Source: an uncultured Clostridia bacterium (GTDB lineage: Bacteria > Bacillota > Clostridia > Oscillospirales > Ruminococcaceae). Taken from it: a DNA stretch of 64,000 nt. The stretch covers positions 39,148 through 103,147 of the forward strand of contig CANQNG010000001.1 of assembly GCA_947625155.1 (NCBI GenBank). The letters run 5' to 3'. Under the pieces are notes generated by a model, which was given only the letters and a program-made list of their open reading frames with translations, made no database searches and was not told the DNA's origin. The stretch's first letter is position 1. Each line of letters starts with the position of its first letter. Both the position numbers and the translations under genes were made by a program. Of the stretch, positions 52,715-62,168 are shown in pieces.

Positions 52715-54194
52715 CCCCGTACAGCCGGAACAGGATCCGCTGCACCGCAAGATACAGCACACAGGCAAGCATGGCAAACAGCACCATACCCGGGATACTT
52801 CCGCCCGGCTGCACGTGCAGCAGCAGGAAGATCATACCAGCGCCCTGCGCCGCAAAGACTGCCGCAAACAGCGGGATCCCCAGCAGTCTGACCGGTTCGG
52901 GGCGCAGTTTTGTGCGCCGAAACACCAGCATCAGACGGCTGACGTTGCCGCAGATATTGCTTGCATAGTAGGAAAGCACGATGCCATAAAACCCGAACAG
53001 CGGGATAAAGACCAGCACGATCGAAATGCGTATCACATATTCGCAGAGGTAATTCAAGGAGGAAAACGTCTGTGCGCCGATGCCCTTGATGATGCTTTCT
53101 AAGACGATCTCCAGATAGATGAACGGCACGACCGGTGCAAGGAGAACGATCATATTCCCTGCCGCAGCACCGCCGCCGAGGAGAACGCCCAGTTCCTGCC
53201 CGAACAGCAGCATCATCATCGTGATGAACACCGCATAGACAATGGTCTGCCGGAGCGTTTTCTCCGTGAGTGCCCGGACACGTTCCTGCCGTCCGGCAGC
53301 GGTCTCCCTTGCAGTCTCGGTCACAAGGATACCTGCCAAGGAGCAGAGAATGGTAGACGGAAAGAACAGCGTCGGGATGATAATGGCTTCAAACAGCCCG
53401 AACTGACTGAATGCCTCCGCCGTGGAATTGCCCGCCTGCCGCAGGGTGATAGGTACGAGGGCATCATTGGCAGAGCTTAAAAAAGACGTCAGCGCCGAAC
53501 CCAGCATCACCGGAACGGCAAGCCGGATGTATTGCAGGAGAGAAACAGAAGTCTTTCCCGTTTTCGCAAGCGGACAGGACGGCAGAAAGCACAGCATGAA
53601 CAGCAAAGAAGCCCCCGCCCCGGCAATGGAGCTGACTGCCGTCATGGTACACAGGGCAGCCGGGCTTTCCGGCTTGTGCAGGAGCACTGTCCCTGCCATG
53701 CAGGCTGTCCGTACCAGAAATTCGATGCCGTCCGAAGCGGCACAGACTCCCGCCCGGCAGCAGGCGTTGAACCGCCCTTTGACACAGGCAGCGACCGTCA
53801 GCAGCGGCAGCGAAGCCGCCATCAGCCGCAGGGGCGAAGTCAGCTCCGGGCTTTTCAGGAACTGCACGCTGCACTGCGGTGCAAACAGTATCAGCACCCC
53901 TGCTGTGCAGAAACTCAGTACAAGGCTGACACCTGTGCAGTAGCCAAGCATTCTCTGCGGGTCACGCTGCCGTCTGCCAAGCTCCTCGGAGAGAAACCGG
54001 CTCACACACAGAAAGACATTTCCGCTTGCCGTCACAGAGGCAAGCCGAAAAAAAGAAGCCGTCAGCGTGAGTATCCCGATCGCTTCCGTGCCGAGCTGTG
54101 CCGTCATGAACACGTTCAGCAGCAGGGAAAGCCCGTCAAGCAGCATCTGAATGACAGTCAGCAGAATGGTGTCCCGTAAAATATTGCGCCGCAT
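52659..54194 (-). CDS. MOP-superfamily flippase (polysaccharide biosynthesis / MATE / SpoVB-like)
   Basis: The ATG at 54194 follows AAAGGGGGG. About 511 aa and roughly 14 predicted TM segments. The N-terminal pattern resembles Wzx/MurJ/SpoVB-type proteins. The 3' end overlaps the convergent phosphoesterase gene by 56 nt. Confidence 0.6.
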   Translation of the reverse strand: MRRNILRDTILLTVIQMLLDGLSLLLNVFMTAQLGTEAIGILTLTASFFRLASVTASGNVFLCVSRFLSEELGRRQRDPQRMLGYCTGVSLVLSFCTAGVLILFAPQCSVQFLKSPELTSPLRLMAASLPLLTVAACVKGRFNACCRAGVCAASDGIEFLVRTACMAGTVLLHKPESPAALCTMTAVSSIAGAGASLLFMLCFLPSCPLAKTGKTSVSLLQYIRLAVPVMLGSALTSFLSSANDALVPITLRQAGNSTAEAFSQFGLFEAIIIPTLFFPSTILCSLAGILVTETARETAAGRQERVRALTEKTLRQTIVYAVFITMMMLLFGQELGVLLGGGAAAGNMIVLLAPVVPFIYLEIVLESIIKGIGAQTFSSLNYLCEYVIRISIVLVFIPLFGFYGIVLSYYASNICGNVSRLMLVFRRTKLRPEPVRLLGIPLFAAVFAAQGAGMIFLLLHVQPGGSIPGMVLFAMLACVLYLAVQRILFRLYGVIPERPDRTAPKETVSAG

Positions 54195-54301
54195 GGCTGT
54201 CCCCCCTTTCAGTCCTGTTGGCATTTTATGCGAAAGCTTTGCGCATTAGACCGATAGCAGGGGCGGTTTGCATAAATTTCCGGAAAAACCTGTGCGCCCT
54301 A

Positions 54302-54330
54302 TTGACGAAACGGATTTTTTTCGGTATAAT
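54302..54330 (+). promoter_or_regulatory. Sigma-A type promoter of rpe and the rnf-like operon
   Basis: TTGACG (54302-54307), 17-nt spacer, TATAAT (54325-54330). Confidence 0.7.
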
Positions 54331-54380
54331 AGAATAAGGGGCGTATGTGCCCCGAAAAAGGAATTGACGGAGGTACTGTC

Positions 54381-55040
54381 TTGGAACAGAAAATTTCTGC
54401 CTCGCTTCTGAGTGCGGATATGCTGCATCTTGCGGATGCGCTGCACAGTCTGGAGCAGGCTGGTGTGGATATGCTGCATTTTGATGTCATGGACGGCTGC
54501 TTTGTGCCGAATATTTCTTTCGGACTGCCGGTACTCAAGGCATTGGCAAAGGCATCCTCCTTGTTTATGGATGTTCACTTGATGATCGAAGATCCCTGCT
54601 CGTATGTTAAAAATTTTGTGGAAGCAGGGGCAGATATGCTGACATTTCATCTGGAGAGCAGGAGCGACCCGTTCCGGACGATCCAAGCCATCCATGATGC
54701 CGGCTGTCAGGCAGGTATCTCCCTGAGACCGGCTACCCCTGCCAAAGCGCTCCTGCCGTTTCTGGACGAGCTGGACAGTATCCTTGTGATGACCGTAGAA
54801 CCCGGCTTCGGCGGACAGAGTTATCTCACAGACATGACCGCCAAGATCGCCGAAGTGCGCAGCATGATCGGCACACGGAAGATCCTGCTCTCGGCAGACG
54901 GCGGCATTTGTAAGGAAACAGCGCCCGCTGCGGCAAAGGCAGGAACGGATGTGCTTGTGGCAGGAAGCTGGCTGTTTGCGCAGCAGGATATGCGTGAAGC
55001 CGTGGCATGGCTGCGCCGCAGCGGGGAGGCATCCCTTTGA
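54381..55040 (+). CDS. rpe: Ribulose-phosphate 3-epimerase
   Basis: The ORF starts at 54345. I prefer the TTG at 54381, which lies 7 nt after GGAGG. ISASLLSADMLHLADAL..., HFDVMDGCFVPNISFG, HLMIEDP, MTVEPGFGGQ, ADGGI. Confidence 0.9.
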   Translation: MEQKISASLLSADMLHLADALHSLEQAGVDMLHFDVMDGCFVPNISFGLPVLKALAKASSLFMDVHLMIEDPCSYVKNFVEAGADMLTFHLESRSDPFRTIQAIHDAGCQAGISLRPATPAKALLPFLDELDSILVMTVEPGFGGQSYLTDMTAKIAEVRSMIGTRKILLSADGGICKETAPAAAKAGTDVLVAGSWLFAQQDMREAVAWLRRSGEASL

Positions 55041-55954
55041 ACCGATACAGGTCTGCACGCCCGATCCGCCGCCCGGAATACTGGGCTGTGGTGCTTTCGG
55101 TCGTGATCGCCGGGGTGTGCTTTTACGGCATACGGGCAGCGGCAATATACGGGCTGGCAGCGGTCACGGCGGTCGTGACAGACTTTGTCTGCCTGTTCCT
55201 AAAGGGAAAGTCCTACCGTGTGGTAGATCTCTCCAATATCGGCAATGCACTGATCTTGGCAATGCTGTTCCCGGCAAGTGTGCCGTATTCTATCGTGCTG
55301 CTGAGTACTGTATTTGCGGTAGGTGTCACGCATATTTTCGGCTACCGGCATGATCTGCTGTTTCCGCCGGCTGCGGCAGGGTATCTGTTTGCGGTGCTTT
55401 GCTGGCGGGATGAGGTGCTTCTGTGTCCGGCAGCAGGGGAGAGGCTCGCTTTGTTCGGCTCACGGGCAGAGGTCGCTGCTTCGTTCAGTGCGGAGGTAGA
55501 CCAGAATGCAGGTATCCGCACGAGTGCATTTGACATTCTGATCGGTGCTGTGCGGACACAGCTCGGCACGGGGTGTCTGCTCTTGCTGATAGTGGGGATC
55601 ATCGTGCTGGTACTGCGCAGGCAGCTGTCTTTCTGGGGCGTGTTGGGCTATTTCGTCGGTACAGTACTCATCGTACTTGCCTTCGGAGCGCCGCTGCAGG
55701 CGATGGCTGGCAATATGTTTTTATTTTCCATGCTGTTTCTGGTGGCTGATCCATGCGTGATGCCGGGCGGCGTGGTGACGGATCATGTCGCAGCTCTGGT
55801 GACAGGTATCGCAGCGGGGTTTCTGCTGGCGGAATATCAGTTAGAATATGCGCCGGTCACGGCAGTCATGCTGACATGTCCGATCTGGCAGATGCTGTAT
55901 CGATTTGAGAACGACCGTACCCGAACAGAGAGAAAGCAGGTGGAGACAGAATGA
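55037..55954 (+). CDS. Divergent RnfD/NqrB-family membrane protein
   Basis: The ORF starts at 55007. The likely start is the TTG at 55037, which lies 7 nt after GGGGAGG and overlaps the rpe stop. DLSNIGNALILAMLFPASVPYSIVLLSTVFAVGVTHIFG...FPPAAAGYLF and FSMLFLVADPCVMP line up with the conserved RnfD blocks (SAxxTGLLLAxxxPP...FAI..K..FGG.G.N.FNPA and FFM.TDP.T.P). Confidence 0.65.
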   Translation: MNRYRSARPIRRPEYWAVVLSVVIAGVCFYGIRAAAIYGLAAVTAVVTDFVCLFLKGKSYRVVDLSNIGNALILAMLFPASVPYSIVLLSTVFAVGVTHIFGYRHDLLFPPAAAGYLFAVLCWRDEVLLCPAAGERLALFGSRAEVAASFSAEVDQNAGIRTSAFDILIGAVRTQLGTGCLLLLIVGIIVLVLRRQLSFWGVLGYFVGTVLIVLAFGAPLQAMAGNMFLFSMLFLVADPCVMPGGVVTDHVAALVTGIAAGFLLAEYQLEYAPVTAVMLTCPIWQMLYRFENDRTRTERKQVETE

Positions 55955-56592
55955 GACCCGGAACATTTTCTGTCACGGACGGACTGTTCCGCCGCAACGC
56001 TGTGCTTTCGGAGGGCATGGTCATCGCCCCCATCGTGGTCTGCTGCGACACGCTGCACAAGGCGCTGCTGCTGTCTTTGGCATTTGCGGTCATTACGGCG
56101 GTGAGCGTGTTCGTTGGTTCGTTCTATCCAAAGAAGCTGCCCTATGCGGTGCGCATCATGCTGTATGCACTGACGGCTGCGGTCGTCTATATCCCGGCAG
56201 TGCTTCTCTGCGAATATATCAGCCCGGAAACCTATGCGGCATTGCGTTCCATGCAGATGCCCGGTACAGATCTTCCGGGAAATGCCTTTCTCTATCTGCC
56301 GCTGCTGACGGTGAATTCCTTCATCGTGCTGCACTCGGAGCTGTATTTCTACCGCCTGCGCAGAACACTGATGACGGGGGCGCTGCTGTTTCATATCGCC
56401 GGATCCTGTCTGACAGCGTGTGTGGCAGGCTGCATCCGGGAGGTACTGGCATACGGGAGCCTGTCCGGTCATGCGGTGGATATGCCGCTTTTGCTGCGGG
56501 GCTTTGCTGCACCGTGGGGCGGCTTTATCCTATTGGGCGTGTTGTGCGCCCTGCACCGTGCGCTGTTCGCACAGAAACAGGAGGAAGCATGA
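55951..56592 (+). CDS. Divergent RnfE/NqrD-family membrane protein
   Basis: 213 aa with ATGA overlap to the upstream gene. DGLFRRNAVLSEGMVIAPIVV... aligns with the RnfE N-terminus GLWKNNxxLVQLLGLCPLLAV. LYLPLLTVNSFIV aligns with IFIPLIVTNCIVV. Confidence 0.6.
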   Translation: MRPGTFSVTDGLFRRNAVLSEGMVIAPIVVCCDTLHKALLLSLAFAVITAVSVFVGSFYPKKLPYAVRIMLYALTAAVVYIPAVLLCEYISPETYAALRSMQMPGTDLPGNAFLYLPLLTVNSFIVLHSELYFYRLRRTLMTGALLFHIAGSCLTACVAGCIREVLAYGSLSGHAVDMPLLLRGFAAPWGGFILLGVLCALHRALFAQKQEEA

Positions 56593-57215
56593 ACTGGCTG
56601 TTGACTGTGCTGGTGTCGCTGCTGCTGGAGAATTTGATCTTTACACAGGCACTTGGCACGAGCACCTTGATGGCTGCCGCCCGGAACCGTTCGAGACTGC
56701 CGCTGTTGGCGGCATTGATGACGCTCTTTTCTGCACTGGCAAGCATGTTCCTCCAACTGCTGTATTTTGGGCTGGGGCTTGCGGCACTACCGGAAGAAAT
56801 GCGTCGTCTGGTGCAGCCGTTATTGTACACGGCAGTCGTCAGTCTGCTTTACGGTGCAGTGCTGCTGGTGCTGTACCGCTTTCTGGGAGAGCGCTCTGCC
56901 GCTTTCAAAAAATATGTACACCTTTCGGCATTCAACTGTGCTGTTATGGGTACACTGTATCTGGCGTTCCCCGCTGACCGGGACGATCTGAGTTTCCGTT
57001 TTCTGGGAAATGTGCTGGCTGACCGGCACACGCTCACAGGTGCGATGCTGTTCGGGCTGCAGGAGGGACTTGGCTTCCTGCTGGCAGCCGTGCTGATCTC
57101 AGCAGTCAGGGAACGTCTCTATGCCAAAGAAGTCCCGGCAGCTTTCCGGGGGTATCCGGCAGCGATCGTGTTCATCGGGCTTTTATCGATGGCGGTCTAT
57201 TCCATTGTGCAGTAG
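56589..57215 (+). CDS. Divergent RnfA/NqrE-family membrane protein
   Basis: 208 aa with ATGA overlap to the upstream gene. LLENLIFTQALGTSTLM aligns with LVNNFVLxxFLGLCPFMG. SAFNCAVMG aligns with ITTNCAVLG. VRERLYAKEVPAAFRGYPAAIVFIGLLSMA aligns with IRERLxxxDVPxxFRGxxIALITAGLMSLAF. Confidence 0.65.
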   Translation: MNWLLTVLVSLLLENLIFTQALGTSTLMAAARNRSRLPLLAALMTLFSALASMFLQLLYFGLGLAALPEEMRRLVQPLLYTAVVSLLYGAVLLVLYRFLGERSAAFKKYVHLSAFNCAVMGTLYLAFPADRDDLSFRFLGNVLADRHTLTGAMLFGLQEGLGFLLAAVLISAVRERLYAKEVPAAFRGYPAAIVFIGLLSMAVYSIVQ

Positions 57216-57260
57216 AATGATCATAGAGAAAGAGAACGAGAGAGGAGCAATGGATCTCTG

Positions 57261-58406
57261 ATGAAATTCAAACCGAAGGGACGGAAGATCTATCGGGAAA
57301 AGACCCGTTTTGAGCGCCTGCGTGCCTTCCGGAGCAATACAGGTGCCATTTTGGTAACAGTGCTGTGTGCTGGCGTTCTGGGCTTTGTGGGGTACAGTGC
57401 CGGAGGACCTGTGCTGCGCTTTTTACAGGAGCAGAATGTGCTTTCTGCCCCGGAGAAACACACCGAAACGACAGAGGCAGCACAGACAGCACTGCCTGAG
57501 ACCGTACAGTCCGCAGAACTGACAGAGCCAGCTACAGAAGTCCCCGCACCGCCGCAAGAAGCTCCCACCGATCCGCAGTCCGATGCTGTGATGCTGGAAA
57601 TGCGTGGGGTAGAGCTTGCCACGGATGCGCTCGCTACAGAAGAAACGCTTGCGGCAGCGCTGAATGCCGTTCCGGCAGGGACGACCCATGTGCTCGTGCC
57701 GCTGAAAACAGAGGGCGGAACGATCTACTTCGCCTCTGCCAATGCGGATGTCAAGCGCACGGATGCCGTTCAGGCATTCCTGCCGATCGGCACGATCTAT
57801 GATGCGATCCTGAAAAAAGGCTTTATCCCGGTCGCTGTCATCAATACCCTCGAGGATGATCTGTATCCGCAGAGCTTTATGGATGCGGCATACCGCATAG
57901 CAGGCAGCGGAGACTACTGGCTGGATGCACCGCCTGAAGAGGGCGGCAAGCCGTGGATGTCACCGTTCAGCGAACTGGCAAGACAGTACCTTGCAGAGCT
58001 GACCTATGAGATCTATATGACCGGATTTCAGGAATTTGTCTGCGAGGGGCTGACGTTTCCAGCATTTACAGACGAGCAGCTCGCACAGCTCGATCCACGC
58101 TGCGGGGCAGCCGACCGTTACACCGCTTTGGCGGATACCGTGGAGCAGATGCAGGAGGCTGCCCCGAATGCGACCTTCTATATCGGGGCAGATGGCAGAC
58201 GTATCCTCAACAATGAGAGCGATGTGCTTTCCGCCGCCCAAACGCTGCAGATCGCGGGTGTGTTGCTGACGGTGGATGATGTCACTTTTGCCAATGCAGA
58301 TCTGCTGCGTTCCGCAGCCGGAACGGTCCCCTGTGTGCTTGCGTGGAAAACGGCAGTGCCGACAGGAGAAACGTCCTATGTGCAGGTGATGGAAAATGAG
58401 AACTGA
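57261..58406 (+). CDS. Hypothetical membrane-anchored extracytoplasmic protein
   Basis: 381 aa. Basic N-terminus, one TM helix (ILVTVLCAGVLGFVGY), a Pro/Thr/Glu linker, then a globular domain of about 270 aa. I cannot assign a family with confidence; a TIM-barrel glycoside-hydrolase-like fold is possible. Confidence 0.5.
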   Translation: MKFKPKGRKIYREKTRFERLRAFRSNTGAILVTVLCAGVLGFVGYSAGGPVLRFLQEQNVLSAPEKHTETTEAAQTALPETVQSAELTEPATEVPAPPQEAPTDPQSDAVMLEMRGVELATDALATEETLAAALNAVPAGTTHVLVPLKTEGGTIYFASANADVKRTDAVQAFLPIGTIYDAILKKGFIPVAVINTLEDDLYPQSFMDAAYRIAGSGDYWLDAPPEEGGKPWMSPFSELARQYLAELTYEIYMTGFQEFVCEGLTFPAFTDEQLAQLDPRCGAADRYTALADTVEQMQEAAPNATFYIGADGRRILNNESDVLSAAQTLQIAGVLLTVDDVTFANADLLRSAAGTVPCVLAWKTAVPTGETSYVQVMENEN

Positions 58407-58460
58407 TGCTTTCCGGCATGCAGACACCGGGGTGTGCATATCATAAAAGGAGTGAGGGCA

Positions 58461-59423
58461 ATGTCTGAAAAATTTACCATATCCCTGAAGAAGATCATCA
58501 ATGAATTCAAGCTGGAGGTCATCTATACCCCGAAAGATCCCGCCGAGCTGCTCATTGACGAGAATGATGTCAACCGTCCGGGCTTGCAGCTGATGGGGTT
58601 CTACGAGTACTTCAACCCGGAACGTATCCAGATCATCGGAAAGATGGAATTTGCCTATTTATCGACCATTGATGAAAAGACCCGGCGGGAACGGCTGGAG
58701 CTGCTGTTCTCCCAGAAACTGCCAGCGCTCATCATCGCACGGGAGCTGCCGTATTTTTCGGAAATGCTGGAGCTTGCCCAGAAATACAATGTCCCGCTGC
58801 TGCGCAGCAAGGACAGCACTTCCAATTTCATTGCCGGGCTGATCGCTTTCCTGAACCTCAATCTTGCGCCCCGCATCACCCGCCACGGTGTGCTGATCGA
58901 GATCTACGGCGAGGGCGTGTTCCTGACCGGTGAGAGCGGTGTCGGAAAGAGCGAGACTGCGATCGAACTGGTCAAGCGTGGTCACCGCCTTGTGGCAGAC
59001 GATGCTGTGGAGATCCGCAAGGTGTCCAACATCAGTCTTGTCGGTTCGTCCCCGGACAATATCCGGCACTTTCTGGAACTGCGTGGTATCGGTATCATCA
59101 ATGCCCGCAGACTGTTCGGTATGGGCGCTGTCAAAGTGACGGAGAAGATCGATCTGGTGGTCGAGATGGAACTGTGGAATCCGGAGAAGATCTACGACCG
59201 CATGGGTGTGGATACCCAGTATGTGTCCATTTTAGGCGTAAAAGTGCCTTCACTGACGATACCTGTCAAGCCCGGCAGGAACCTTGCGGTCATCTTAGAA
59301 GTTGCTGCCATGAACAACCGTCAGAAAAAAATGGGCTACAACGCAGCAACGGAGCTGCTTGACCGGCTTGGCATGGATATGGAAGCCACCGAGACTGTCA
59401 AGGACTACGATGCTTTGTATTAA
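58461..59423 (+). CDS. hprK: HPr kinase/phosphorylase
   Basis: Trimmed to the ATG at 58461. Walker A GESGVGKSETAIEL, the signature LVADDAVEI, and LELRGIGIIN. Confidence 0.93.
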   Translation: MSEKFTISLKKIINEFKLEVIYTPKDPAELLIDENDVNRPGLQLMGFYEYFNPERIQIIGKMEFAYLSTIDEKTRRERLELLFSQKLPALIIARELPYFSEMLELAQKYNVPLLRSKDSTSNFIAGLIAFLNLNLAPRITRHGVLIEIYGEGVFLTGESGVGKSETAIELVKRGHRLVADDAVEIRKVSNISLVGSSPDNIRHFLELRGIGIINARRLFGMGAVKVTEKIDLVVEMELWNPEKIYDRMGVDTQYVSILGVKVPSLTIPVKPGRNLAVILEVAAMNNRQKKMGYNAATELLDRLGMDMEATETVKDYDALY

Positions 59424-59444
59424 ACTACATACAGGAGGGAAACC

Positions 59445-60356
59445 ATGGAGGCGCTGCTTGCACAGCTAAAACAGGAGCATGGGATCGCATTACAGAGGCA
59501 TGTGCCGCTGGCGGAACACACAACTTTCCGCATTGGCGGAAATGCCGCTTACTGGGCGGAGATCGTCGATGAGGAGATGCTGCGCATTCTGGTACAGAGC
59601 TGTACCCGAGCAGGGAGACCCTTTTTCGTGCTGGGGAGAGGCAGTAATGTCCTGGCAGCCGATACAGGCTATGACGGGCTGATCCTGCACATCGGGGACG
59701 GCTTTTCAGAGGTGAAAACGGATGGGTGTTCTCTCACCTGTCAGGCAGGTGCTTCACTGGCAAGGGTGTCCGGGATAGCAGCGCAGGCAGGGCTTTCCGG
59801 CATGGAAGGGCTTTCCGGTATCCCCGGAACGATCGGGGGCGCACTGTTCATGAATGCGGGCGCTTACGGCTATGAGATGTGTGACATCGTGACCTCGTGC
59901 CGCTATATGGATGCGGACGGCAATGTCTATACGGCAGAGAAAGAAGCGCTTTCCCTTTCCTACCGGCACAGCCGGTTCATGGAAGAGCCGGGCATTATTC
60001 TTTCGGTGACAGTGGAACTGCATCCGGGCGAACCGCAGCAGATCGCAGACGAAATGTCAGCACTGCTTGCCAGACGCAGCGAAAAGCAGCCCCTCAATTT
60101 CCCGAGTGCAGGGAGCACGTTCAAGCGTCCTGCGGGGAGTTACGCATCTCTGCTGATCGACCAGTGCGGGCTGCGGGGGAGGCGTGCCGGCGGTGCGCAG
60201 GTGAGCGAAAAGCATGCAGGCTTTGTGGTAAATACGGGCGGTGCGACCTGCGCAGACGTGCTTGCCCTTTGTCAGACCGTACAGCAGGAAGTACGGGAAA
60301 AGACCGGCTATGTGCTGGAGCTTGAGCCAGTCTTGCTCGGTGTGGAGCCGGAATGA
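59445..60356 (+). CDS. murB: UDP-N-acetylenolpyruvoylglucosamine reductase
   Basis: 303 aa. FAD-binding pattern TTFRIGGNA...VLGRGSNVL, GIPGTIGGALFMNAGAYG, and AGSTFKRP. Confidence 0.92.
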   Translation: MEALLAQLKQEHGIALQRHVPLAEHTTFRIGGNAAYWAEIVDEEMLRILVQSCTRAGRPFFVLGRGSNVLAADTGYDGLILHIGDGFSEVKTDGCSLTCQAGASLARVSGIAAQAGLSGMEGLSGIPGTIGGALFMNAGAYGYEMCDIVTSCRYMDADGNVYTAEKEALSLSYRHSRFMEEPGIILSVTVELHPGEPQQIADEMSALLARRSEKQPLNFPSAGSTFKRPAGSYASLLIDQCGLRGRRAGGAQVSEKHAGFVVNTGGATCADVLALCQTVQQEVREKTGYVLELEPVLLGVEPE

Positions 60357-60372
60357 TCGCAGGAGGAACAGA

Positions 60373-61236
60373 ATGCAGCTTGTCATTATCACGGGCATGT
60401 CCGGTTCGGGCAAGTCCACAGCGATGCGGGTCATGGAGGATATCGGGTTCTATTGTATCGACAATCTGCCGCCGCTGCTGATCCCGAAGATCGTGGATAT
60501 TTGCGGACAGGCAGAGGGCAGCCTGAACAAGGTCGCCATTGCGGTGGATATTCGGACAGGGGATATGTTTTCCGAGATCGATGATGCCATCCGCAGCCTG
60601 AAAGCCCACATGCCCGGTCAGGTCAAGGTCATCTTTACGGAGGCATCCGATGAAGTGCTGCTGCGGCGCTATAAGGAGACCCGCCGCCGCCATCCCCTGA
60701 GCAGTAAGTATGGTTCGATAGCGGAGGCGATCGCGCAGGAACGTGCGCAGCTATCGCCCCTCCATGCAAGGGCAGATTATTTTATTGAGACATCCGGACT
60801 GAGCACGGCACAGCTTGGCGAGGAGATACGGGGGCTTTTTCTGGATAATACGGCAGATTCCCTGCTGGTGAAGGTCATGTCGTTCGGCTATAAATACGGG
60901 ATCGCAGGGGATTCGGATCTGGTCTTTGATGTGCGCTGTCTGCCGAACCCCTTTTATGTTCCGGAACTGAAAACGCATACTGGCTGTGAGGACTGTGTAC
61001 GGGACTATGTGATGCAGTCGGAGCAGTCTAAGGCATTGCTGTCAAAGATCGAAGATCTGCTGGAATTCCTGCTGCCGCTTTACATTGCAGAGGGAAAGAG
61101 CCAGCTTGTGGTGGCTTTCGGCTGCACGGGCGGCAAACACCGGAGCGTGACATTTGCGGAGCTGGTGGGGGATGCGCTCCGGGAAAAGGGCTACCGGGTA
61201 CACAAGCTGCACCGGGATATTGCCAAAAACCGCTGA
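60373..61236 (+). CDS. rapZ: RNase adapter / nucleotide-binding protein RapZ (YvcJ)
   Basis: Trimmed to the ATG at 60373, which follows AGGAGG. MQLVIITGMSGSGKSTAMRVMEDIGFYCIDNLPP, and the C-terminal GCTGGKHRSV motif. Confidence 0.92.
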   Translation: MQLVIITGMSGSGKSTAMRVMEDIGFYCIDNLPPLLIPKIVDICGQAEGSLNKVAIAVDIRTGDMFSEIDDAIRSLKAHMPGQVKVIFTEASDEVLLRRYKETRRRHPLSSKYGSIAEAIAQERAQLSPLHARADYFIETSGLSTAQLGEEIRGLFLDNTADSLLVKVMSFGYKYGIAGDSDLVFDVRCLPNPFYVPELKTHTGCEDCVRDYVMQSEQSKALLSKIEDLLEFLLPLYIAEGKSQLVVAFGCTGGKHRSVTFAELVGDALREKGYRVHKLHRDIAKNR

Positions 61237-61250
61237 AAGGAGGTGCGGAG

Positions 61251-62168
61251 ATGTCTTTTTCGCATCAGGTGCGGGAATGTATCCGCAGTACGATCACCGA
61301 TCAGGACAAGCGCTTTGCCTGTCTGTACGGGATGCTGCTCTATGGCAGAGCAGTCAGCCGGGACAGCATCTGTCTGAAAAGCGAGAGCGATGTGTTCCGT
61401 GCCGTCTTTACTGCGCTGATGCATACCATCTTCCCGTCCGTCACCCTGCAGATCGAAGAGAGACCCCGGAAGAACGGAAGTACGCTGTATATCTACCGGG
61501 TCACAGATGCCGGACAGGCAGCGACTGTCCGGCATACGTTTCATATCCACGAGGAGCGCCGGGTAGACATGCGAAATCTGCCCAACAACAGCATGGGCAC
61601 GTTTCTGGGCGGGGTGTTCCTGACGTGCGGGAGCATGACCGACCCGGAAAAGGACTACCACCTTGAATTCACAGCCCCCACGGAGCTGCTCTGCCGTGAT
61701 CTGTGCGACATCCTCTACAGCGTGGGCGTTCACCCGAATGTAACACAGCGCCGCTATGCGTGGTCTGCCTACCTGAAAATGTATGAGGAGATCGGCGACC
61801 TGCTGACTTTTATGGGCGCACAGAAATGCACGCTCGACCTGATCGATATTCAGATCGACAAGGAAGTCAAGAACCATGTCAACCGCATGAACAACTGCGA
61901 CATGGCAAATATTGACAAGGTCATCAAGGCTTCGGAGCGGCAGTGCCGGGAAATTGCACTGATCCAGCAGCACGGCGGTTTGCAGTCGCTTTCCCCGGAA
62001 CTGCGGGAACTGGCGGAGCTGCGGCTCGAAAATCCGCATCTCAGCTTGCAGGAACTTGGGGAGATGCTGAAAAAGCCGATCGGGCGTTCCGGTGTAAATC
62101 ATCGGTTTCAGCGTATTTCTGCGATCGCCGGACAGTATACGGGAGGAGGAACACCGCATGACAAATGA
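61251..62168 (+). CDS. whiA: DNA-binding protein WhiA
   Basis: 305 aa. MSFSHQVRECI..., a degenerate LAGLIDADG-like middle domain (FLGGVFLTCGSMTDPEKDYHLEF), and a C-terminal HTH (SLQELGEMLKKPIGRSGVNHRFQRI). Confidence 0.9.
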   Translation: MSFSHQVRECIRSTITDQDKRFACLYGMLLYGRAVSRDSICLKSESDVFRAVFTALMHTIFPSVTLQIEERPRKNGSTLYIYRVTDAGQAATVRHTFHIHEERRVDMRNLPNNSMGTFLGGVFLTCGSMTDPEKDYHLEFTAPTELLCRDLCDILYSVGVHPNVTQRRYAWSAYLKMYEEIGDLLTFMGAQKCTLDLIDIQIDKEVKNHVNRMNNCDMANIDKVIKASERQCREIALIQQHGGLQSLSPELRELAELRLENPHLSLQELGEMLKKPIGRSGVNHRFQRISAIAGQYTGGGTPHDK

